Under the pieces are notes generated by a model. That model did no database searches. It was not told the origin of the DNA and was given only the letters and a program-made list of their open reading frames with translations. A stretch of DNA of 64,000 nt. Source: Lytechinus pictus. Its lineage: Eukaryota. The stretch covers positions 9,054,001 to 9,118,000 of the forward strand of contig NC_087263.1 of the NCBI RefSeq assembly GCF_037042905.1. The letters are read 5' to 3'. Both the position numbers and the translations under genes were made by a program. Of this stretch, positions 40,101-52,100 are shown one piece after another. The stretch's first letter is position 1. Every line of letters begins with the position of its first letter.

Positions 40101-43100
40101 AAATAGTCAGTGATTTTTGCTGAATGTTGTTATAAGCTACTGAAATCCATGCATCTGATTGGCTCAGAGCACATTTGTCAGTGGCAATCACTGATAAGAT
40201 GTTCCATGAAACACTCCCCTAGTCCCAGGTAAATACAGCCTTTATTCACATGCACCTAGATCAATACCAACAAGGTCGGGTCTATCATCAAGAACTCTAT
40301 GACATCTCCTCACCAAGAAACAATATACAATGTACATGTAGGTGGTTTCAAACCGTCTCAATCACAAGAATCCCTGTTAAATTAGAACTTTTTCAGGCTG
40401 AAAAATACCTGTTAATTAAACCTGCATTCACACCGCCCGAAACGTACCCTTCGGGGAAAGTTCCCGAAGTTACCAGCATGCGCAGTATGGTCTGATAAGC
40501 AGGAAAGGCGCGAGATTCAAAATCGCTAGCTCAGCAGCCACCCATGGCGGCCGCGCCCAACTAAAAGTTGCTTTCACACTGCCAAAATACCTGCAACCGT
40601 GGGAAATCCCCGTGAAAGTTCTTGTACTGTACATGTAGTTTTGACAAGTACCTACTATTTTAATAGCGGGTATTTTTTTCGGGGATATACACGTAATTTG
40701 CTTTCACACTATCAAAATCACCTGGTATTTTCTGAATGGGGTGGATCAGGGCAAATTTCCTGATCAGAAAATACCTGGAACTGACAAACTTCAAGGCAGT
40801 CTGAAACCACCTTGATTTTAAAATGAAAGCTAGAAAGCCTCAATGTTTATTAAAATGTACATTGTCCATCATTTACTCCTGGATGAGAAATTGACTCACA
40901 TATTAAAGCCCAACTGGGAATAAAAACCCAGGTCTAACATCAAAGACTCTGGAGTTTCTAACCCAGGAACAATATGAAATCAAAGCTAGAAATCAATATG
41001 AAAGGTTTTCAATACCACTAACCACCCTAGATTGTTTTCTGGAAACTTTCAGCAGAATCCTGGAATAAGTGTAAAGTGCAGTTCATAAATCAACTTGTTG
41101 CAACAGACAAGAAAAAAAGCGCAGAAAAATGTTCAGTATACATGTAGGATGGGAAGAAACAAGCAAGAATGGACCTCACTGTTCAATTAAATCAAGTGAT
41201 TCTTCGAATCTTATAGAGCTATCAAATTGTAATAAGGATTTAATAGAGACTTTAGTCTATGAGCACAGACACTGTGGTATACTGTATAATGCTACAGTTC
41301 ATGACAGTTTTTATAATTTTGAAAAGTAGGCCTACATGTACACATACCCTACTTAATATTAATTCGTATTTTTATGGCGAAACTTAAACTAATTGCTTCA
41401 TACAAGCATTTCTCTGGTTTTCAAGTGGCTCTGCAAGCACTAGCACTAGTTTAGATAATGGCTTTCTGAATCAAATATGTTCAGCCGCCCTGGGGGCCGT
41501 TTCATAAAGCTGTTCGTACGTTAAGAGCGACTTTAAGAACGACTGGTGATCCTTTCTTGGGGTAAATTATACACAAAAACCTTCATGTTCATGAGGGTTT
41601 TGCGCGTAAGAAAGGATCACCAGTCGTTCTTAAAGTCGCTCTTAACTTACGAACAGCTTTATGAAACACCCACCTGGACTGGTCTTGGTCTGCTGTGCAA
41701 ACCCTTCACTGTAGTTAAGGTTCTGAAGGTGCAGCCTACATTGTATAATGCCTAATGTACTGAAGGCCCTCTCGCCTGAACTGAAACAGCAAGTTTTACA
41801 TGTGCTAGTCTTTGCATGGAGACCCACTTGTTGATTTAAGTTTCAATCAGGGTCTATGCATGCAGACTAGACTGGTCTAGTCTCCACTCAATCTGTATCT
41901 GTGATTTGATTTTGACTCTTCTGAACCTGAATACCATTCATCTGAGAGCTGCATGAAGATGTAAAGATATCAAAAGGCGGTGCTGCACCTGCCCGAGTTT
42001 GCTCAGTCTCGAGATTTTAGCCCTCTTCGCGATTAATTTCGAGATTCAAGAAACCCCGTCTCCACCATCGCAAGAGGAGTGATTCATGCTCGAGCAAGGC
42101 ATCAATGCATTATGGTCTCACACCGTGATTAAATAACCCCGAGGGCGTCTGCACCTGCGAATTAGCGGGATAATTCGAAAAATAGTGCGCTATTTTGCAG
42201 ATAATCCCAAGTTGACTTGGGATTGCAATCTCGAGATTAATCCAGCGAACTAGCGCGATAATTGTGTCTCCATTACAAATAATCTTGAGATTGTTCAGAT
42301 TGGGATAATTTGCCGGATCAGAAATGGCGCGCTAATTTGAAAACTCGGGCTGGTGCAGACAGCCCTGATAAGGAAATCTTCATCCAGACCATGCACTCTA
42401 TTTTCCTCGACGAGGCATTGAGCCTGTAAGATAAGCAGACCTACATGTTACGCCATTTAATTATCAATCAATTAGCGAAACCGACCACTATTGAACGTTG
42501 TCACCCAAGAACTCAGAAACCGCAAGCGAGAGAATCCCAGCAGATGAGTAAACGTTCTGGGGATCCTCCCGGCCGTTGAGCCGAAGTTCAAACCTGTGAC
42601 TCATTCTATGGGCGAAATCAGACCCCAGCTAGGCTTAGCAAGGGGGATGATAAACGGACAGAAATGTGTCATGAGAGAGAAGTCTTGAGAGTGATATTGA
42701 CATCAATATGAACTTTTTAAAAAAGAGGTCTTGTCATGTGAACAAAAGTCATAAAATCGATAGAACAAAAGTAGCAGCAGTAGTTGTATTGGTAGTAGTA
42801 GGGGTGGTAGAAGTAGCAGTAAAAGTAGTAGTCGTAGTCACTAGCGTACCTACGGGGGGGGGGCAGGGGGGGCACTCTGCCCCCCCTGACGAGTCACAAC
42901 CCATGCAAAAACGTATCTTTGCCCCCCCTGACGGGCTTGAAAAACCTTTTTTGCCCCCCTGACGAGCTTTAAGACCTCTAATGCCCCCCTGACGAGCTTG
43001 AAGACCTTTTTAAATTTTTTCTGGAACGAAATCCTTTATTTGTGATCGAAGACCTTTTTTTTTTTTTTTTTTTTTTTGCTTGTCAAATTTTTGGGCGGAC

Positions 43101-46100
43101 GGTTTTGCCCCCCCTGTGGAAAATCCTAGGTACGCCACTGGTCCTGGTCGTAGTAGTAGTACTAGTAGTAGTAGTAGTATTACTGACTATAGTACTAGTA
43201 CTAGTAGTATACATATACAATGTACATGCAGTAGTAGTGGTAGTAATGGTGGTGGTCATGGCAGTAGTGGTAGACGTAGTAGTGGTAGTATTTTTGGTAG
43301 TACTAGCAGTAGTAGTCTGCTAAAAACAGATCAGCAAATTTTGAGGTATAGGTTTTCGATAATACCCTACTAGTATTTACTACAAGCTAGCAACGTGAGT
43401 AAACCAGGGAAAAATACAGATTTTTTAATATATTATTCTGTCTTTTAGGTTGGTATTAGTACAAATGTAAGTACAAAGGGACATAAGATCTGTGGAAATC
43501 AGGTTATCAATAATTTTCATCTTTCTATTTTTTTTGGGGGGGGTCTAATCCACACTTCTACTAGTTTTGGTAATACCTGAATTTCAAGATTTAAGTCATA
43601 CTTTGTAAATGTATTTGAACAAGTTAAAGTTTAAAGTCTCTGACATGATTGTTAATTGTAATAAACCAATGTGCATCTTGATTCATAGAATTCTCTAAGT
43701 GCTAATGAAAATCAAATCCATGCAAGCAATGTTTCATGTTATGTTCTTCATTTATATATGTACAGTGAGGAATGAGGAAAGAATACTCTGCTGCCCTCTT
43801 GTGTTAATATGCAGCACAGCATTTCAGAAACAAGTTGGTCAGTAATTCCCAGCAAGTTTCCAAAGTAGTGTCGTTACTCGTTATACACTTGCCATTGCCT
43901 ACAAACTGACAAGCAGATACTGGTGGCCGTTTCCGAGCATGTCTTTTAATACCATAATTTTAAAACAAATTTGATCAAAGTCGTGAAATTAAATGGCAAA
44001 TTCCTAATTTGACTCTGGTGATAATCGACCAGGTTTCTGGGTGCTGTTTTATGAAAATAATAACAATGCAAAATTTCTTCAACAAATTCGATATCAGCCA
44101 ATCCAATGCCATAATTACAATATCTTACAGTGAATAATTTTCCTGGTATCACATCATAATTTGCTCCATATTCTTTTGAGACTGCTATTCAAAAAAGTCT
44201 TTTGTACAGCAGAAATTTACATACGACTAAGCAAAACTTTATAGTCGCGGAGCTTTTCTTTTCTGACCAAAAAGAGCTAATCAAATTTGGTTAAATACAA
44301 GCAAAATTATTCCCTGGTTTATGATCATAGTAAATGTGTTTATATATTACTGTAATGCAGTTAAGAGCTGGATTACTGTATACAGTAATTCAGAATTTTT
44401 GAATAATAATATTTTGGACATGCCTATTTTTAATATCCTACAAGAAGTGTGAAAATATGTATTCTTGAAAATTGTGAGTAAAAAATCATGAAAATTTTCA
44501 CATAATTTTGAAATATGTAAAAGTGTTTATCTATTAATGTGAGTTTTCTTTATGCATTACCGAGTCGGCCAAGAATACCATTAATGATAACCTTTTGAAC
44601 GCCTGTATGCAAAGGTCAGAACCCTTTCATAAATTGGAAGATAATTCCTCAAATTCTTCTCAAAAGCAAACATGTTTCCTGAATTTAGATTTTGATTTAT
44701 GAAACAGGGCACTGTTCCAAGACAGCAGAACTTTCAGGAAGTTCCTGAAATCAAATCGCTTCTGAAATATGTTCTCACTTCATTAAACTTCTCATGCTTT
44801 ACCTATTTCACTGCATGAACAATGGAGCAAAACAGTGCTCTGCTGCCCTCTCATGCTGACAGACAGCACAACTTTCAGGAAGTACTGCACAACATTTCAC
44901 TCTGCACAGGGCAAGCATAAATATTATTCATGTCTGTGAAAACAAATATTCAATAAAGGAAATTCCTGCCATAAAATGCCTTTCATCAAACTTGAATCAT
45001 TCCCATACAAGGATATTCTTTGCCAGTTTGCTCTCTATTCCTAGTTAAAGGGGCATATTCTATTGATAAAAAAAACTTAGAATGGGTATGGCAGTATTTT
45101 AAATGATAAAGGGGATTATGTATTGAGTATTATGCCACAGTATCAAATGCTGCAAGGTATACTTCAGGGGGGTGTTTCATGAAAGTTGTCAGCACTGATT
45201 GAATTGTCAGTGCTGATTATTTCAGTGAAATCCATGCTTTTGATTGGCTGAGAAGCTCTGGCCTCTGACTGTTACTATGGTAACTGTCGGAGAAAGACAT
45301 CTTGTCAGTGCTGACAACTTTCATGAAACGGTCCCCAGTCTGCAAGCACAGACTAATATTTTACACTTTAAACCAATTATACTATGTCTAGAGAGTGAAG
45401 ACTAGACAACAACTCTCTGTCTGTGACAGCCAGCCATGGTACATTGTGAATCTACATGTAGTCTCACTACTTCAGACTCTGCATTATGCACTATGAGAAT
45501 TGCAAAAACCAAGGACCTGCAGCCTAAGGTATACTTGGAAGTCTGTCTTCACATCCTTCATATCTCAACAGCATAGACTGACTGAATACTTGGTTGTAGT
45601 ACTAGTGACCATTTCTTGGAACAATAAATAAAGTCCCCTTAAAAAAAAAAACTCACCTTTTTCTCCTCCTCATCTGGGCTATCTGGGAGCTCATTTTCAC
45701 TGAAAGATAAAAACATTCAAAGAATATTAAGCACAACATGCATGTACATAGATGTACCTTTGCCTTTAGAAGTTGAATCGTTAAAGACCACTGAAATTTT
45801 TGTTGGAAGAGGTGTATGAAAAGGAGGATATTTGAGAAATAAAAGAAAGTTGCAACATTTGAAACTTTTTGGCAGATAGCTGGCGTACATCTTTACATGT
45901 ATGAACAGGGAAATGGAATCATTCATCGCTATATTCCTTTTATATCAATTATTTGCAAATTATCTTCTCATTCATTTCTAAATAATTGATTGATTCACTT
46001 GTTAATTCATCCACTCATTAGTTTCACATGTTGCTTTATATTCTTTATTTTAATTCATGTGATTGATTCCTTGATTACTTTTTAATCTCTTCATTTGTTT

Positions 46101-49100
46101 TTCATTCTCTTTGGTATTAATGTGTCTATGATTGCGTGAATTTTCAAAAGGTAGAAACTTCATCTGTCAGTGAGTGCTAGTTTCTAGCAAGGACATACAG
46201 CACAAAATAATGAAATATAAATCATAAATAAGCACGGCAACATGATATACATATTCATGAATATAATGCTTACACATACAAGAAACAAATAGTACTGTAT
46301 TGTAGTAAATGTATATACAGTGTATGTCAATTGTTATGCTGTTTAAAATTTTTATTCGAAAATTAGTAGCCAGTGTTTCCCTTGTTAAACCAATATTATT
46401 ATTAATAAGAGTCATGTTTATACTCTGTGGTTATTGTACGTTTTTAATGAAAATAATACAATGGGGCATCTCAATCAAAACTCCCGTTAATTGCTATATT
46501 GTTTAATCATAAAAGAATGATAAGAATAAAATACAATGGCTTCAAAATACATATGTAAACAACATGTAAGAATCAAATTATCTACTTCCAATAAATCCTC
46601 AAACCTAGAATAGAGATAACATGGCAGAAACAGCTGGAAGCTTGTACCATACCATTACTGTGATACAGGGTTAATAAAAGTTAGCAGAAATCAGTGGAAC
46701 CGTTTCTTGATAAAAGTCCTGTGATCATTAGACATACATCCCCAAAATGATAATAATTCAAACATGTTACGATGGAGTATATCATAAGAAGTTAATAGAT
46801 AAATGTAGCCATAAGCACCCTCCCCCCTCCCCAACTTCCCACTTGTCATACCACCTTTATCGATACTGTAACACTAAAGTTAATGTATGGGTCTGGGTAT
46901 AAGATAATAGAAATGATAATAAACAAAGTGCAAATACATTTTGTATTGTACATATTTGTATTCGTACCTGAAGTTGAAAACATCTAAGTTGACCCTGGCA
47001 GGAAAATCAAAAGTCTATTTACATTGCAGTTTGAAAATATGCCCATGAATGAATGAAAAACATATATATGTACATGTACACTGTACAGTATATCTAGAGG
47101 GTTTTGTTTCAATTTGTGATATATAGTACATAAAGCACACACGTAGGCTTTACCAGGGGAGCGTTTCATGAAAGTTGTCAGCACTGACAAGTTGGCTTTC
47201 TCCGACAGTTACCATAGTAACAGTCAGAGGCAAGTGCCTCGCCTCACAGCCAATCAAAACCAAGGATTTCACTGAAATTGTCAGCACCGACAATTTAGTC
47301 AGTGCTGACAACTTTCATGAAACACCCCCGAGATTAGAAATGGCAAGATCATGCCAGTTGGAAAGATCATCGAGATGAAAATCATGCAGGCCTACAAATA
47401 TGCTGAAAAATTATAAAATGCCAGATAATATGCAAAAGCCTTGATTATACTGCTTTTAATTTTGGCCGTCTCTTTTTTTTTAAAGCTCAAAGCACCCAGA
47501 CTGGAATCAGAAAACTACATGTACATGTAGGAGTGTAAATCTTGATTGAAAAAAAGAATCTGTAGATGGCCCCAGTAGTCAATGAGTGATTTCAAGTTCA
47601 GAACTGGCTTGGTGTTGGTTTTGATGGTAAAGTATGAAGCCAGAGCTCAACATTAGCAGTGGCCCGGTGGCCCAGGGCAACCTAAATTGAGAGCTGGGCC
47701 ATAAAAATTCTGTAAAAGCCCACACTTGGTGGCCCGGTTGGGTTCCCAAAGTTTTGATAAATTGTAATGTTTTCAATTCAATCTATTGTTCTAGCGCCAC
47801 CAAATTTGCTTTGAGGGCCACCAGAACTATGATTTTGGTGGACCGATCGAGCCATCGAGAAAAAAAGTTAGTGTGGAGCCTTGATGAAGCAGACAACCTT
47901 CGCTGGGTGAGTTTAAAATAGGATTCAAATCATTTATCTTCATCATGATCGATATCTCAACACTATTAGATTCATCATTGGACCAGCTTCATTTTCTGGT
48001 GCTGAGTAGATGTACAAGTGACCCAACAACACCAACACCAAATGATCAACACCAAACTTGATATCACCCAAGATTGTACTGTCTGCACCAACAGAGACAG
48101 TATACAGGTAGCTATTAAAAGAGAAGGAAAGAAACAGACATGCAATGCAAGGACGGAGTTTCAAAGAGCAAAAGAGGGGATAAATCTAGCAGAACTGAGT
48201 CCCAAATATTATTAGCAAAATTTTAGAGTTAAGCTAGATATCATCAACCATTCCCATTCAGCCTTTATTCACACCACTGAAGCATTTTGCAACAAACCAG
48301 GGATTTGCATCTGAAAACTACATGTACTGTAGTTCTGACTGTTCTCAAAAGACCACTGTACAAATTTAGAGGGCAGGGCTCTAACAAAATCCACCATTTC
48401 TTGTCAATAGTGAATTCGAATAAATTAGAAAATTTGTATATAAAATGTGTGTATTTGTATTTGTAATAACAATAAACATTGAGCAAACTCCAGGGGAAAC
48501 ATCCATTAAAATCAAGCCAAGATCATGTTGCACTCATCTCTGACTCTTGCAACGCAACTTCAACCCGGTCAATACTTTCGGTGCAACAGTCAATATCATG
48601 AATACTTACTGACAGAATCCGTATCTATCTGTAACTTTATAGATGATGAATGATGCATCTTCCCATGGGTCTATCTGAGCACCTTTGTCTCTTCCCTAAG
48701 GATGAAAAAAAGAAATGTTGAACAAAATTCAAGAAAAGTTTATTCCTTTATACCCCCGGCACACTTATTCGGAATCAACAGGAATCGAGCAGAAGCTGGA
48801 AAGAAAAAAATATTCAAAAAATCTATAAATTTTTGGGAGGAACTTATGAATTCATCAAACTGGAGTTGAAATTCAGTAAATTGACCAGGTGTATCATCAT
48901 ACACTAGTCAAAATGAACCGCAATGGAGTCAGATTGATAATTCGTGCTACGTTCTTGGACATTCTAGGGGCATTCTAAATATTCTGACTGCATTCTGAGT
49001 GCATTCGAAATATTTTTGTCATTTCTTTTGGCCGTCCCGAAGGTTTTGGTCATGTTCAAAACATTCGAGGGGTATTCTCGAACGATGTTGGAAGTAGATT

Positions 49101-52100
49101 TAAAAGACCAATTGGAGGTCAAACAATAGTCCTTTCATTCAGGCCAATTCTGCTTGATTCGGAATAAGTGTGATGGGGGCTTTACATGATGAGGAAATAT
49201 CACATTTTTATACCCAATGGTACCCACTTCAGTTACGAAAACTGTTCTCCCAGCAGGCTCTGCTTAAAGGGATGGTCCGGGCTGAAAGTATTTATAGCTT
49301 AATAAATAGAGTAAAATTCACAGAGCAAAATTCTGAAAATTTGATCAAAATAGGATCACAAATAAATAACAAAGTTATTGAATTTTAAAGATTTGCATTA
49401 TTCCAGTAAAACAGTTCTAGGCATGTCTTTATGAATATTCATTAGGTGGGCTGAGGATGTCATATCCCCACTTGTTATTTTGTATTTATTATATGAAATT
49501 ATGTTTATTCAAAAATTTTCTACCACGAACTATTAAAATAAGCAATTGGATTGACAACTGATTAGTGCATTAGTTATTTACTGCTGCAACTTATTTCATC
49601 ATAATGGAGACACATCATTTACAGTACACATGTATGAACAAAATGAAACATTTATGATTTCCCCCTATCTCTGCTGAAAATTGTGATGAATATCGGTCTT
49701 ACCTTGTCATATTTTTGTACGATGTCTAGGCGCTCCTTATGGGCTCTTTGAAGAGCCTCCATTTCTTGTGTTTCCGCTGCAAAGACAATGAGACAGAAAT
49801 ACAAAATAAAAAATTAACATTTTTATTAATCACTTCATCAATACAGGGTTTCCCAGAAAAAGTGGAATAGTGGAATTTATTGCTTTGCCTTCTGAGAAAA
49901 AAATGTAGAATACATGTAATTGACATTGTTTACATTGTTCCATCTATGTAGTTGATTTTAGTTGATTTACATGTAATTACTTTGTCTAAATTATGTTTAA
50001 TTTTTTTGGGGGGTGTTCCATTTATACAGGATGTACATGTACCATAAAATTGGAACAGTTGATTTTGTAATTACTTTTTCTAAATTACATACTATGTTTA
50101 ATTTTTGTGGGGCAATGTTGGTTTCATTTAGTGAAATAATTTCCATTCTTATGCCCTTTTCTCAAAATTCAGTAATTTTCAATCTTTGAAAAAAACAAAC
50201 AAACTTGGGGAACAGGTGAGGGGCAGAGTCCCCCCCCCCCCCCCTCAACCTCACAACAAACTTTTAATGACTTTTTTCTTTGATTGTCAGAAAATTTGTG
50301 AGATTAAAATGCTTCCGATGGCAACCTTTTTCTATCCTGACAAGGTGTGCCAGACACATACACCACTGATACAAGGATGCGAAAGCACGGAACGGAAAAT
50401 AGAAACTAAAACATTTTTCTTTTTTATTCAAATATCTATTGGTATCTATTCCAATTTCTAAGTTGAATATGTATCTGAGTCCCCCCCCCCCCCCCCTTTG
50501 GGCCATATTTGAAGTGGTTTTAATTAAAACTCTGGTATAAAGTTGTGGTTTAACATAACTATAGATAACCAATTGTGACATGTCTCTAAAAAAGAGTAGA
50601 GGTTCAATTTTATCAGCTCATTTGACACCCAAATCACTCATATTTGCCTGGGAATGAGGAATAAGACACAAGTTTGCTTTCACAATCAAAGAATGAGTAA
50701 AGACCATAGTAAATTAAACATAAATTACAGGGAAAATGTTGACATTTTTGGCTTCCCATAATTTTAGTTAGACCATGGTGTAGGAAAATTAAACCTACTT
50801 TCAGAAAGCAGGGCTTTGAGACTTGAATTTTACCTGGGAACTCCACTCCTCCAAACTATTATTGGCATGCGAGTCGAGATATTCATCTCTAAATTCAGAG
50901 GTTAAACATGTTCGATAGGTAGGTGTCAAGAGTCACACCCAACAACTTCCGGCATTCAACGAGTCTGTCGACACTGGATATTGTACAACGCCTACTTAGC
51001 TTGTTGTACGCGAGCAAATGGGAGGCTGAATGTCAAACATTCGTACCGTTGCACAAAAGACGTACCATCCAAAATGTACCGTCCAAAATGTACCGTTGCA
51101 CGGCTTAGGAGGTGACGTCACAATACGATTCAATTCATTGCGCTCAGTAAAAATGCAGGTGCAATACGCGTATAGCCTGCTGGCTAAATGAGCAATGCTG
51201 CCCGAGGTGTTCGCTTGTGGGATTTTGCTTTTCGCTTTCCATATTTTTGCTCCCTTTTCATAGATTATTGCAGGAAAAACTCTTTGTTTTTACATATTTT
51301 CGCTAACTTCCGAGGCGTTGTACAACACAAATAGCGAATATTCTTATTCGTGCAATGGTGCGAGATTTCGCATTCGGTGAAAGAAAGAAACACTCTATTC
51401 AACTCGGCTAACGCCTCGTTGAATAGAGCATCTTTCTTTCACCTCATGCGAAATCTCGCACCATCGCACTCATGCCTATTCGCTATTTGTATACCATTGC
51501 ATTTCCACATCGGGGTACAAGTGCATAGGCCATGTTTCCATTAGACCCACTTGCAACATGACCAAGTACAAGTGCAGAGGGCATGTTCTCATTAGACACA
51601 CTTGCAACATACAAGTGCAGAGGGCATGTTCTCATTAGACTCTCTTACAACATGGAATAAGCGCGAAAGGCATGTTCTCATTCGACCAACTTACAACATA
51701 CAAGTGTATAGGGCATGTTCTCACTAGACCCACTTACAACATACAAGTGCATCAGCACCCACTCTGCCACTCACAACATGGTGCAAGTGCATAGGGGATT
51801 TCCTCATTAGACCCAAGTGCATGGGATCTGTTCTCATTAAACCAACATACATGGTACAAGTGCATGAGACCTGTTATCATTAGACCCACTAACATATTGT
51901 ATAGTACTGCAGACTAATAATATAGGTTGAATTTCAAAAGGTCTGGTGAAAACACAACTACATACATGAACGGCCGGTATGACGTTGCACGCTGGGCAAT
52001 ACTGGTATTCGCATGGGAATTTCAAGTAGCTGAGTTCCCATCTGCATACTTGTACGTCATCGCAATGATAGCATAGGTTCAATCAATGTACATATTCGAC

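Noticed and set aside
42708..43373. Poly-Val and poly-Ser ORFs
   Set aside because: (GTA)n microsatellite translation.
43785..44860. CTCF-like motifs (gctgccctcttgtg at ~43790, gctgccctctcatg at ~44843)
   Set aside because: Only partial matches within a short dispersed repeat; cannot be supported without binding data.
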